NCBI GenBank assembly: GCA_003614675.1
Contig: ML002290.1
Location: 1-46,943 of the forward strand
DNA from: Dimargaris cristalligena
Lineage: Eukaryota
Direction of reading: 5' to 3'
DNA: 46,943 nucleotides
Below the pieces are notes generated by a model. That model did no database searches. It was not told the origin of the DNA and saw only the letters and a program-made list of their open reading frames with translations. A program made the translations under genes and the position numbers. Shown piece by piece: positions 24,937-36,794 of the stretch; position 1 is the first letter of the stretch, and each line of letters begins with the position of its first letter.

Positions 24937-25573
24937 GGAGAAATCAGGGGGTAGTAACGCAGAAAGAGTCGGCCGGTTACGGAAATGGGACTGGAATGGA
25001 GGAGTTTCTAATGCACCTGCGAGGAAAATGGAAGATTTTACCAAAGGGCCATTCCTATCTGAAGGTAAGACGAAATCACCAGTCCGAAACCAAGCCACTA
25101 CTGGACATTGACTAAGAATTGTCGATTGACTCTTTCCTTTGAAACTGCACCCAGTTCAAGCTTCATAAGCAGCAGAAGCAGTATACAAGCCCAAACAATG
25201 CTGCTAGTCCTAGTCCTAGCACAACTATTTGTGGTCTGGTACTTGGGGGTTTAAGAAAAATTGGTGTGAAGTCACACCAACTCCGCTTTTGCTTTATAGT
25301 AGGTATTACTCCGACATCGCTACACAGCTTCGCCCGCTGAATAATCCCTGGCAGTAAATGTCACTGCAACACCCAGGGCATATGGTAACCCAATTTCGGG
25401 AATTGTAAGTCTAGTAATTCGTTATTATTAATTGGTGTACAGCTTCGAGTGGTGGGCGATTAATAGGTAATGCGGATAAAAGAGGTGGGAAGCCGTTATT
25501 GCTTAGGCACTGCTAGGACATACGTCATGGCACTCTTCCTATATCTCGCTCTTTTTGGTGTATATAAGCCAGT

Positions 25574-26641
25574 TTATGCCGACTTCGCCCCCGGCCGCCG
25601 TCCACTCGTCATGGTTAAAAATTCGTCAATCTTTTCGGTGGCCGCGGAGGCCGAGGTGGGGGAAAACGAGTAGGGATCGCCCCCCGAAGTTCCCGGGTGG
25701 GAGTTATTGTTCGCTCCAGGTGAGGCAGTTTTGACATTGCCCTTGGCCGACTTCTCGGGCAAAACCATCGCGAAGATAAGCAGGAGGCCTACGGCACCGT
25801 AAATAGCCATAATGCCCTTCCGGGTAGTTTCCCACTTGACCGCTTCCATTTCGGTGCGGACCATACCCAGCGACAGGGTGAATTTATCGTTAATTTCCTG
25901 GATCGCCTCCTCCATGGACTGGATCCGCTCCCGTTGGTCGGACTTGTATTGGTTGAGTTCGATTTGAATTTCCGATTTAAGATTAATCATGTCCTCGCTA
26001 AGGCGGTGGCGCAGAGAGTCCAGGTCCTGCTCGGCCACCTCAATCTCCGACCGGAGCGCAGCCCGGTCAATTTGGCGCAACACCCGAATTTCCGTGCGCA
26101 GTTCCGTCAGGGCCGCCTTGAACAGGTACATGGCGTTGTCCAGATCGGCTTTCTTGAGCATGCCATCGTGCACCGGGGCCGTGGTATGTAGCATGAGACT
26201 CCGTAGGCCGTGCATGAGCAGCACCGCTTGGCCCTCGGCAAAACCCCCCGCCTGAAGGCGCCGAACCACTTGGAAGGAGTCGAACGGATGGTGACTGGTC
26301 GTGGACGAATATTCGTGAATTAGACTGGCGAGAATATGGCGTTGGGCCCGGTCGAATGCGGCCCTTTCCTCCTTGATCGTCGCTTGGGTCGCCGGGGTTG
26401 GCTCAACCGCCGGCCCTGGTGCCTCGACCACCCGTGCTGGGGAACATATACGAAACCAGCGTAGAGGGGGTTGCCCGAGGGGCAATGCATGCGCTGAGTT
26501 AAGTTGGGTCCAAATGGCCGGCGGGTGGAGGTGACGGTTGAAAATAAAAAACTGGGGGGTCCGTGGGCCCAGGCGAGACAAAACCTGTGTAGTTAGCCGG
26601 AGTTGTAACCGGACCGTTGTAGCCCATATAGAAGGGATCAT
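25574..26641 (-). CDS. DUF1640/CCDC90-family mitochondrial coiled-coil membrane protein (Fmp32/Put7/MCUR1-like), ~355 aa
   Basis: HPFDSFQVVRRLQAGGFAEGQAVLLM head motif, YLFKAALTELRTEI coiled coil, EAVKW followed by a C-terminal TM, basic presequence. First ATG at 26641; an upstream exon is possible. Confidence 0.85.
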   Translation of the reverse strand: MIPSIWATTVRLQLRLTTQVLSRLGPRTPQFFIFNRHLHPPAIWTQLNSAHALPLGQPPLRWFRICSPARVVEAPGPAVEPTPATQATIKEERAAFDRAQRHILASLIHEYSSTTSHHPFDSFQVVRRLQAGGFAEGQAVLLMHGLRSLMLHTTAPVHDGMLKKADLDNAMYLFKAALTELRTEIRVLRQIDRAALRSEIEVAEQDLDSLRHRLSEDMINLKSEIQIELNQYKSDQRERIQSMEEAIQEINDKFTLSLGMVRTEMEAVKWETTRKGIMAIYGAVGLLLIFAMVLPEKSAKGNVKTASPGANNNSHPGTSGGDPYSFSPTSASAATEKIDEFLTMTSGRRPGAKSA

Positions 26642-27962
26642 GTCCACGCCGCAAACCTGGTATATAGGGAAAGAAGGTAAATAATAGTCAGCTGAATAGC
26701 AGGTGATTGGCGCTGGGAAGGAAATGTATTGAAGAGAGAACGGTAAATGTCAGAATTAGCCAGTCAATAGAAGAGACTGGCCATGGGCTAGCCTAGAAAA
26801 GGGACTTCCACTTGGGGCTGGATTTTCCCGTTTCTTCCCCTAAAAGGCTTCAGGTTCTATAAAACACCCGCAGAATGGTCAAGGGGGTGGTGGTATTGGT
26901 CTTAACCCCCCGAATGCAGCCTGTGGGGTGTTAGTTAACCTTAGGTACCGCCAGTAATAAAATGGACGCCATGAACCAGCTCTTTGCCACCGAATACAAT
27001 GGCCCAAAACATAATCTAGAGATGTATTCCTTTGAGTAACTTGAACTGGACTGACCATGCTGGCGTTTCAAACACTAATGGGGGGGGGTATACGCTCTCC
27101 ATTAAATTAAGAGCCGCCACAATAGCTACGAAGCACAGTCCACCGGACAGCCATTCCCCATTTCGGACCTAATTGAGGGACATTTAATCCCAGAATTAGG
27201 GGAGAGTTAAAGCACCACCCTCCTCTTCCCCCCAATGCTGTCTTTCCTCCAATTATTTTTCAACGACGGCCAGAGTAATAAGAATAAACGAGAGTGGCGC
27301 CGACTGGGAGCTAGGGCTGGGCACTTGTTTGAGAATTGAATACACCCAACAGCAACTGTTATGTCCCATGTCTATCCCCTGCGTTGCCGATGCCAGACGC
27401 TGTTGGTCTATAAGGCGGACTTTATAATTCCCGAGACCAAAAGCAATGGACATACCCATCCACAATAATCAACCAAAGCAATATATGTTTTTATGGGGAT
27501 TCCATAACCCCCCCCTCCTACACCGCACGGTATACATTTAGCAGACATCGGACCTATGTTTAACGAGCCGCCGTGCGTGGAAAGTGGAGGTGGTCCTTCC
27601 CCAACCACACCTAATCCTAGAAGCAAATGAAGTAACCAACCAAAATGGAGATTAGGCCAGCGCCCTGTTTGAGCCACAAATGATAGAGTGGGGCCATATC
27701 TAATTTAAAATACAGCCATAGTTGGTACTCGTTGAGCTCATCCACAATTTTTTATAATCGCCAGTCCGACTCTTTGGGCCAATATATATAAATATATATA
27801 CTCTCTACAGTGTCACCATTTCAACCATAATTATCTTGGCATTTCTCTTTCTTCTATTACGCAATACCGCGACTCGACATTTTTATATATATTTATATTA
27901 AAACTCCCTGTTTCAAGGAGCCTAAGCCGCACAATAATTTCGCATTCCCCTTACTATTAAAC

Positions 27963-28643
27963 ATGTCCCCGAAACTAACCCTATGGGGCCTCGTACTGCT
28001 TTTTTGTGGTGCATCCATTGCATCCAACGTAGACCAGCCGTTGAACGATTTAACGCATGACTCCAACATCAATGAGAACCTTTCGGTAAACAATGAATAC
28101 CCGTTTAGTGCCTATTCGCCGCAATCATCCAAACAGTTATCTCCGTACTTGTCAGCTGATGACACTGACAGTGTTTACGGGAGTGAAGACGACGAGCTGG
28201 ATATTGGCCTGTTCGATTTTCCTGACGAAGGTGTCCGTGGAGATCCCTGGCCTGCAGAAAATCGCTTTATCCAGAAAGATATAAAATCATGGGTCAATTA
28301 TGGTCCGAATGGAAACCTTAAAAGGTCGAGCCTATCAAACGGGCCTCCGATTAGCGAGGCCACGCGAAAACGACTAAAGAGCTACTTGGGTCTCAAAGCC
28401 CAGCAAAGCCAACCGAAACAACATCCAAATGAAAGCGATATAGAGCGCGACGGACCTCCAATGACCGATGTCACGGGTACGAACCTAAACGGATATTTGA
28501 GTCCCGATGTCCAACCACGCCGGGGAAGACGTTTTGACGAAAGAGACAACTTGAGCAACAAACCCGCAATGGCCGATGATACGCGAAGGAGACTAAAGGA
28601 ATATCTGAGTTCTGAAACTCGGCAAAACCGACGGGAAAATTGA
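27963..28643 (+). CDS. Secreted orphan protein (226 aa) with an acidic patch and repeated basic helix
   Basis: Signal peptide MSPKLTLWGLVLLFCGASIA, AAAC-ATG context, TATA-rich tract at 27783-27800, intact ORF. Confidence 0.75.
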   Translation: MSPKLTLWGLVLLFCGASIASNVDQPLNDLTHDSNINENLSVNNEYPFSAYSPQSSKQLSPYLSADDTDSVYGSEDDELDIGLFDFPDEGVRGDPWPAENRFIQKDIKSWVNYGPNGNLKRSSLSNGPPISEATRKRLKSYLGLKAQQSQPKQHPNESDIERDGPPMTDVTGTNLNGYLSPDVQPRRGRRFDERDNLSNKPAMADDTRRRLKEYLSSETRQNRREN

Positions 28644-30427
28644 CGTGTAGAACAAAATATTGTACCGGGCGTTCCTCTGATGGTCAACACAGTTTGAGAG
28701 AGTGTAACTGCAATCCCTGAGACCCTAGACCCTGCCAATGAGAATAACGGAACCGGTTGCTTTACCGCGCCAGAAAACATAAACCCCAAACTAGTAATCA
28801 TAATCCAGTTGGCCCTATAACCACAGCGCCAGGCTGGGCAACCGAAAACACAAGCAGGCACTGGGCCTTGAAAATATAAATCATATCGTCACCGTAGCCC
28901 GCTATATCTTTATTTACCTTTTCTATTTCTTTAGAGGGTCGGGATTTAACAACCTCAACTACTCCCTTGAGATATTCCCTACTAATGGCCCACTTATCGG
29001 ACACTGTACATAAATACTTTCCGTTATGGGATAAGCCGAACATACATATACTGGGCCTTAATGATTAGGCCGCCTGGGCGATTTTGTTGAATAAGACGGT
29101 TTGACAATACATCGATACAGTTTACTTCTGCACTGGAATTTTTCAATGCTCATTTTTATATTTGATGTAAACTAAATAAATAGGGGCTTATTATTAAAGT
29201 GTTTCGCCCCAATGCCAGTTTTGATGCATTAATCGGGGGCGACAATTATCTACTACCAGAACCATGGACATTCTAATTTACACGCGCTTTTCTTAGAAAA
29301 TAAAACAGTTATTTTTGTTGTACGTTCCGCATTAAACCAAATGTATTGACCATCCCTTCGATACTATACTCAAGCTAATTGCTCCCGGGTGGTACATCTT
29401 GGATGGTGGAAATAAATAGGCAGGTGGATTTCCCTACTCTAGCCTTAATGTGCAGTAGTAAGCGAGTGGCAAACTGGCCCAATCGGCTATACGTTTATGC
29501 CAAGGATGGGCCAGGGTGCACTTTAGAGCAGCTGGTGCCTACTTTCGAACAATGAAAAATCACGATGCGATAATTGGGTATGCGGGAGTCGGGTAATTCG
29601 TCCAAGGCTGGCTGATGTATGTGCCCATCCCATAGGCCAACTAAATGTTCCAATCGGCAGCATTGGGGCTGTAAAATTCAACGAGAGTCGTGCTGCATAT
29701 CATTTAGCCTTGTCTCGTAAAGAGATTCTCAAACCACATTCACGGAATATTCTGACATAGCAGGGAACCGCGGCAGTCTCCAATGGGGTCGTGGCCCATC
29801 TCTAGCATTTTTGGTAGTCGGTATTCTTTTAATTAGCTGCACCGTCCCCCTTTCCCCCGCCACCACCTACGATGTTTACTGGTGGTAATAGTTTCGTGAA
29901 AAATATGAAGCTATCGAATAGTTGGTCTCAAGAATAATTCCAACATGCAAAAAGGGGAGGTGCCAGGGCATAATGTGGTCATAGAGGGTGGGTATAATAT
30001 ATTTTTAGGCTACACGACTCTCCCCCCCCCTCTTTACACACTCAAATATTACAATGTCCCTATGGTAGCGCCAACTGTTGCACGGCAGCTCAAGGGAAAT
30101 GGGGCGATTGCAATATGGTGGTAAAACAGCAAGGGTGAATTTAAATTATTTTATATAAAGGACTAACCGGGCACTCTACTATCAATTCACTCCACTGCTA
30201 CCCAGCCTTGTTAATTGCTCTGACCAGACCTTCCCCTATAATCGTATACCCCTTTTACTCCGCTCCATATTTCCACGATCGACGCCAGGTTCTAACAGCC
30301 CAGCAACAGTATTCGCTGCAGCTTCCCAACGCCCTCGATACTCCACAATTACCCACCAGTCTGTATTAGTAGTTCGACTAAACCAACGCCAACTAGTATC
30401 CCCAGCACCCCGCCCAGGTTGTCCACT

Positions 30428-31639
30428 ATGTTTCAAAACCCGACAGTTTGGGGGCTCTGCGTTCTCGTATGCACCGCTCTCACCACCGCCCTGCCAATGT
30501 ATAAGAATAATCAACATGATTTATTACATCCGGAACGATCGCTCGGCCAAAACCCTACCATGTTTCCCGGCTCGACTAACCCTACCGGGAAAGCAAAGTA
30601 TGACCCCGGCGTAGAACCATTCGTAGCAGGGAATACCGACGATTACCCCTTTTCCAGTCAGCCGGGAATGCTATCCCCCGTGGATCCTTCCCAGACCACT
30701 ACGTCGGCGGGGTTAGGCGGTAACGAGTATTTCGAGGATGCTGGGTCCTACCTGTTTGGAGAGCAAATGTCGGGTAATGGGCTAGGCTACGATGGTAGCC
30801 TGCTTAACGAAATGGGTTATACTCGGGACCCTGCCATTAAGTCGGAGAACGACCATACCCAGAAACTGATGTTGTTAACCCAGCCCTTTAAACTAACCTC
30901 TGATTCCAATGGGGATGACAAATCGGTCCTTAACATGGATGTGTCCGCTAACTCAGACTCCAACATGAATGAGGCCGATGAATCAAACGGGGGATACCTT
31001 GGTCTCAACTCCAGTCAGTCCGGTTATGGCCAAGGGGAAACCGATCATACCACTTTGGACGGCAGGTGGAATGATTACGATGATAATTTCGCGGATAATC
31101 TGGGTCTCGACCCCAAAATATACAATTTCAACGCGAAACCCGATAATGTCATCACGGAAATTGGTACTAAGCGTGGCGGGTCCACTCCGGACCACGACGA
31201 CCAACCTCAACCGAAGCGACCAAGTGTTGGGCAGCAACTCGAAGGATATTCACTCCCTTTATCTTATGCACCTGGACCCACCGATGGAGAGTCCGTTTTC
31301 CACGGGGGGGAAACCGACCATGCTGCCACGGACAACAGGTGGAATGCTTATGATGAAGCTTTCAAGGACAACTTGGGTTTCGACCCCGAATTATTCAATT
31401 CCAATATGGAAAACGATGGTGCCACAATGGGAAGTGAAACTAAAAGTGGCCTGCCTATCCCGGACCACGGCCAGCCTCGTCCGATTCGACCAAGGACTGG
31501 GCAGCAACCCGGAGGATCTTCACGTGAATTTCAATTTGTAAGTGAATACCCCTACACCCATCAAAATCAACAGGCCAGAGCGGGTGACTCAACCAATCAA
31601 TCTTACAGTTTTGTCAATTCGAATGGCGAACCTATTTAA
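30428..31639 (+). CDS. Secreted orphan protein (~403 aa) with a 91-aa-period internal duplication. A possible terminal intron (31538-31608) would give an alternative end at 31644
   Basis: Signal peptide MFQNPTVWGLCVLVCTALTTA, TATATAAA at 30152-30159, long open frame. Confidence 0.75.
   Translation: MFQNPTVWGLCVLVCTALTTALPMYKNNQHDLLHPERSLGQNPTMFPGSTNPTGKAKYDPGVEPFVAGNTDDYPFSSQPGMLSPVDPSQTTTSAGLGGNEYFEDAGSYLFGEQMSGNGLGYDGSLLNEMGYTRDPAIKSENDHTQKLMLLTQPFKLTSDSNGDDKSVLNMDVSANSDSNMNEADESNGGYLGLNSSQSGYGQGETDHTTLDGRWNDYDDNFADNLGLDPKIYNFNAKPDNVITEIGTKRGGSTPDHDDQPQPKRPSVGQQLEGYSLPLSYAPGPTDGESVFHGGETDHAATDNRWNAYDEAFKDNLGFDPELFNSNMENDGATMGSETKSGLPIPDHGQPRPIRPRTGQQPGGSSREFQFVSEYPYTHQNQQARAGDSTNQSYSFVNSNGEPI
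31034..31516 (+). repeat. Intragenic diverged tandem duplication, units starting at 31034 and 31307 (273-bp period)
   Basis: GETDHTTLDGRWNDYDDNFADNLGLDP...PDH...QPQPKRPSVGQQLEG versus GETDHAATDNRWNAYDEAFKDNLGFDP...PDH.QPRPIRPRTGQQPGG. Confidence 0.9.
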
Positions 31640-33638
31640 TCTGATATTGCACATTATGGTATCCCCACTGATAGAGTAGACATTTAACCGGAGTAGGAGA
31701 GTACTTCTGGGCCAGTTCACTATAACTGGTAACCATTGAAACCAAAATTTAAATAATATCCTTTCGGTAGATTTCTTTTATATAATCATATAAATAGGCC
31801 TTTTTGACCATACTTTCCCAAAGCCACATCACTATTTTACAACATGGATTTATAATAATCCAATGAAGCATTACAATAGACGTGTAGAATTCTGCACTCC
31901 CAACGCGCTCACCCTCTCTTCTTCCCTTAACAGCACGTGTGTTGCCTCCGTCTGTTTGATACCCTAAATAATCAACTGTGCAAATGGGACCATATGGCAC
32001 ACAAGTGCCTCTATCGGTGTTCCCTACAGCGTCGAAGAAAATAGATAGGAAGTTCAATTCACGGAATGCAAGTGGATGTTAGCCAACCAATGGTTCACAA
32101 GTGGACGGTCCCTTCTGAGGGTATGGGGGATGAGATCCAACCTAGCCGCATAAAGGAAACTTCGCTCTAAGCCTCTAGTCCCCCTTAATATGCTCAGTTC
32201 AACACAGCTGCGGCGGCTTGTGAACAAGATGCAACAATAGTGGGATGTTCAATACAAAGTATTGAGTAGTGCCCGTATTCGCCTCAGCTGGGTCAGAGCA
32301 GCCAAACAATACCCCCCCCCCCAATGGAAAACCTTTTTATGGCAACCTTACATTGACCACGTTTGCCGGTATACCAGGCCCTGCAGTTTATTTATTTTTA
32401 AAAAAATGAGTTTTCTTAGGTAACATGTGTTATATATTGGGCTTTTGAGGTTCCTAGAGGCTTCACGTAGCAGTATTGCCCATTGTATCAATCAATTGAC
32501 ACTATGCTCTAGTATTATTGAGAAGTAAGTCATTTCATTTATTTATACCAGGGGATTCATTTTACTATTTAAATATTACGAACTAAATACTGCTACCAAA
32601 TCCATAAGCCAGCCCCCTCTACACAAACTGGTAGACAGAAAGATAGATACACATATATATAGGCCAATACCCGACCAAATGAAGGCTCCACCCACTGACC
32701 TAAGTTACTCTCAGGTTTTCGCGATATTACAAGAAAAACGGTGCCCCTCGGAGTTCAGGCTAACGAGATCCATAACTAAACCCAATTCACGTCACCCCAA
32801 GGATCAACAGCATTATAAATAATCTATACCACCCCTTCTCGCATGCCTTCCATTGACCAATAGCTACCACCTTACACGTTGTGGTAATACGCTTTAGATG
32901 TATACTCAGCGCCTTTCTTGGGGCCTATCGCCCAGTCAGGTAGTGTAGGTATATCGTGGAGACGGGATGTTCTTGATAGGCCTGAGTGGTTTTGGCCTGT
33001 ACTAATATGGGACCAAGTAGCTACAATAGTGTAAGGGTTGTATTAGCTTATTTGACCCGCCTAATTCTTACTAGGGCAATATACAGTTTTCGACCCGCCC
33101 CCCACTCCTCACAATTGATTTTTCTAATCGACTCGACTACCAATAAAGAAATCTACTCATGGTATGGCCCCCACATGTGTTCATTTAACCAATCACCAAG
33201 ATGCGCCTAGAAAGAGTGAAACGACGGGAGGGCTTTGGAACTATCTGACCCATCGCCAAATCTATGAAAGACCCATCTTCGAGAACGGTTTCGTGATATA
33301 AACCGAACCCCCATATATCTTTAACGCGATTGTCACCAATGGGTTGATACCCCACTTGATAAGACAAGGGAAGAAGAGCTAATATATTCACTTTAAGTGT
33401 AAGATCTTGAGCATACATTCAACTCCGTTGATTTCAATTGTATTAACACTGGTTTATTATGTCTGGATCGTTACGTTATAAGTCGTGAATAAAAAAGTCC
33501 ATTTGGATGCTACTCCCCCTCTACCGTTCCACTCTAAGAGGTCTTTATATAATGGCTGGAGAATAGCGGAGAAGAGGGGAGGGGAGAGGTGGGAAAATGG
33601 ACACCTTCCGCTTTCCCAGGTAGTTTTGCATTCAATGT

Positions 33639-34916
33639 CTAAGAAAATTGAGATAAAACACTCATGGCCGCTTCGTAGCCGGCAAAGCAGGCCGCATTCG
33701 CCGGAAAGGCCCGTAACATAACGGGGCCGATACCGCGGTATAGGGACGACCAGCCTTCCGTCTGCACCAAATGACGGGCCACGTCACGTATACCCCGGGG
33801 GTACATGCCCGGAGGGGCGGTTTGAAGCCGGGATTTGAGTGTATCGACGGGCATGGTCACGGCCCAATCAATAATACCAGCCACCCCGCCGGCTAGGAGG
33901 ACCACGACCGGGGTGGGTAAATTCCAGCCAGGGTTGGCTGGTACTGAAGCACCGGGGGTTGGGCGGGGGCTGAGTTGGCGGCGGACCGCTTCATAGGTGG
34001 TGAAATAGACCGCACAGCCCGGGATATCGCGTAAAGCAGCGGCGGGAGTACCCCGGAATATACCCCCCAGGCCTTCGGCACGATAAACCTGGCGGATAAT
34101 AGCCAGGACGCTCGGACGGACGGGCGATGCTGACGCTACTGGTGGCCGGGTGGACTTCCCTCCTGCAGGGGTGATGGGTGTAGCCGCGAACGGTAGCGTA
34201 GAACCGGCCACCTGCTGCAATACTTTGATCCGCTCCGCCGGTCCGATAAGTAAAACGGGGAAAATGCCGGAAATGGCGCCGGCACCCGCGATCTGGGCCA
34301 GGCTGAGAACATCTTTATCCATGGGCCGGGTCCAAGCACGGTCGCCGATATAATCCCCACCGCGGAAGGATAGACGCGGTGGAGTCATCGAAGGATTGCC
34401 GAACTGATCATCAAGGTAGCGCACGGATCGGAGGCCGAAATCATAGGCCCAAAAGGCGATGGCATTAATTGGGGTGGCACCCAGCAGCGGGGGTATCACC
34501 CCTCGGTACAGGCCCCTAAGCCCCTCTTGGGTAAAAATATGGCGACCGAGCTGGCTGGCGGATATCGAACCAACGGGGACGGTGGAACCGGGTTGGCCCA
34601 GTTGGGTCAGTGTTTGGAGGCGTACTTTGAGTAAGTCAAACGGATGTCCAGCCAGGACTAAACACATGCCGCCGAATCCGCCGGCGATAAACGATTGCCA
34701 AGCAGCGGTTTGCTGGGGTGAAGACGCGGGTGGTGACGAAGCACCGGCGGCCTGGGCGACGGCTTCGGCGGACAGGATCGCCCCCGAGCTGACTTCCACG
34801 AGGGTATCGGAGGAGCCTGCATGGACTTGGGGTCGCAAGGGACTGCTCGCTGTGGGAGACAACCAAGGAGATAGGGTAGAGAAGAGCGAGAGGTACTGAT
34901 TGAATAGACTGGTCAT
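33639..34916 (-). CDS. CRC1: Mitochondrial carnitine/acylcarnitine carrier (SLC25A20-like), 425 aa
   Basis: Three carrier signatures (HPFDLLKVRLQ, GPAERIKVLQQ, MPVDTLKSRLQ) plus carnitine-carrier-type RDIPG..VYF and RAFPANAACF. Confidence 0.88.
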   Translation of the reverse strand: MTSLFNQYLSLFSTLSPWLSPTASSPLRPQVHAGSSDTLVEVSSGAILSAEAVAQAAGASSPPASSPQQTAAWQSFIAGGFGGMCLVLAGHPFDLLKVRLQTLTQLGQPGSTVPVGSISASQLGRHIFTQEGLRGLYRGVIPPLLGATPINAIAFWAYDFGLRSVRYLDDQFGNPSMTPPRLSFRGGDYIGDRAWTRPMDKDVLSLAQIAGAGAISGIFPVLLIGPAERIKVLQQVAGSTLPFAATPITPAGGKSTRPPVASASPVRPSVLAIIRQVYRAEGLGGIFRGTPAAALRDIPGCAVYFTTYEAVRRQLSPRPTPGASVPANPGWNLPTPVVVLLAGGVAGIIDWAVTMPVDTLKSRLQTAPPGMYPRGIRDVARHLVQTEGWSSLYRGIGPVMLRAFPANAACFAGYEAAMSVLSQFS

Positions 34917-36275
34917 TTACTCTGTATGCATCAAAACAAAAGTGGATGGCTTCTTCGTGGTTGCTGTGCCTTGGCGCTTACAGTAGACGGTATGCTAGGG
35001 CTTCAATGTGGGGAGGGGAACGCCTCTGGCCCAAAAGTAGAGTTGCGGGCAAGTTGGGCGGTTAGCTAGGAATTCAAGGGGCGACGTGTGTAGCCCGAGG
35101 GAGGAAATGGGGCAGCAAGTGGCAAATATACAATTGGAGGCTAAAGAAACGATAGACAATGAGGAGGGATCGGCTTGAATTGCGGCAGGGCCGTTTGGGA
35201 GAGAATAGACCCCGGGCGCAGCAGCACTGGTCACGCACACAAAGTGGTTGACGAAACCCCGCACATCTAGGGCGGACAGGGGCGACGCCTATCTTTGCCA
35301 GTGTCTCATCTTTCTAAAGGGCGGCGATGCGATGAATTATCCGGCCCATTAGCCAATCAGTTAAATGACATCTGGCAGGTGGTGATGTGGTGGTGGCCTA
35401 TTCTAATGGTAGCCTAAAAGAATGGGTTTCAGCTTTGGAGCTCACCTAAAGTAATCCATAACCTCAGCTGAAGGGGCGACGACACCACGGTCCGAAATAA
35501 AAGTGACTGGAGGGAAGGTTGGTCCCTGCTTGTCTGTCGTAATAAGCCAGGGGCATTCAGAATGGCCCTATTGTGAAGACTATTGGGAAGTATGCAGGCT
35601 AAGGGGATTGATTATATAGTTGCGGGAGACGGGTAAGTTAGCCATATTCTTTCAATGGCTACTGTTGGGGGTAGCAACGGACTTGCCTGAAACGAGAGTT
35701 TTACCAGCCCAACTATAGATAGACAGCTCGGGGGGTTAATAGAGAGAAGAAACGCACAGTATCTACATTGGTCTGGGTCCCAAGCAACCCATGGGGTTCT
35801 ACAATAAACTAGCAAGCATCAAAACAACTCCTGGATTGAACTGGCTCGGGTCACGAAGACCTGTAGCCGGTTGTACTGGACTAAACCATTGTCCCATGAT
35901 AAAATAATGATGGACTGGGCCTAAAACGAGGGCGCCGGCTCACGCAAGGCCAATCCATAAAACAGACTATATATAACTAGTACGAGCGAAAAAAGTAAGT
36001 CAAACCCATTCACCGCCAGTGGCCAAGATTATGAGTAAGGAATATTTATTGGGCAACTGGGCCGAATTAACGACGACGGAGGGTATTTTGAACATATACG
36101 CCCTTCCCTACTACAAGAACCTGTGGCCTCTTCAACATAATAAGTGTCTGGAAAAAGGGTACGGTGGCGGTATTGGGTTCGGTAGTGAGTTTCCAGTACG
36201 ACCGGGGGGGGGGTTGTGTGGACCAAAAAAAAAGCGGTTGTTGGCGAGCAACGAGGGGGAAACCACTTAGTCGCT

Positions 36276-36446
36276 TTAGTTCATCTTCTTGAAGCCAATG
36301 TCGTTGGCGTATTCGCGGAAGCACTGACGGCAGATGTTCAGGTGGTACTTGCGGATGAGACCGGCGCGGTGGGTGCAGACGCGGCACTCGCGGGAGCCCT
36401 TACCGTACTTGCGGGAGTGGGAGAACCAGACGTTGACGTGGGCCAT
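36276..36446 (-). CDS. RPS29: 40S ribosomal protein S29 (uS14), 56 aa
   Basis: Hand translation: [56 protein letters not shown], with CxxC...CxxC zinc ligands. Below the ORF-track length cutoff. Confidence 0.97.
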   Translation of the reverse strand: MAHVNVWFSHSRKYGKGSRECRVCTHRAGLIRKYHLNICRQCFREYANDIGFKKMN

Positions 36447-36476
36447 GGTGGAGGTATATGTGCGTTTTAATTCCGA

Positions 36477-36794
36477 CTAAGAGGAAGAGGTAGGAAGATT
36501 ACGGCAAACACAAGACCAATATGCGAGGTGGGTGGTTAGTAGTGGATCGGACTTAATAAAAACCTGGTATAGTAACATATAGAAGGGCTCGCCCCCCCCC
36601 AAACGAGGTGGATCTATTCTAGCTCGATAGATCGGATAGGATCGAACCGAATCGAATCGGATGACGGATTCCGAACAGGGGGCGCAACATAGGGCGCGCG
36701 GTTCGGAAGGTGCCAGCTTCTGCGTCAGGTTTCAGATCGGACGAGGGATCTTTAACCTTGCACAAAACAGAGCAGGTCGGAATCGTAAACTCAC
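36477..36794 (-). other. Probable 5'-UTR intron of RPS29
   Basis: AAG|GTGAGT donor at 36794, TACTAAC branch point at 36535-36541, pyrimidine tract and TAG acceptor 30 nt upstream of the ATG. Confidence 0.7.

Noticed and set aside
29174-29192. AAATAAATAGGGGCTTATT resembling RNase MRP CR-V
   Set aside because: No upstream GAAAGTCCCC CR-I partner, and the context is AT-rich.
36067-36470. ORFs 36067-36387 and 36216-36470
   Set aside because: Out-of-frame or antisense overlaps of RPS29.
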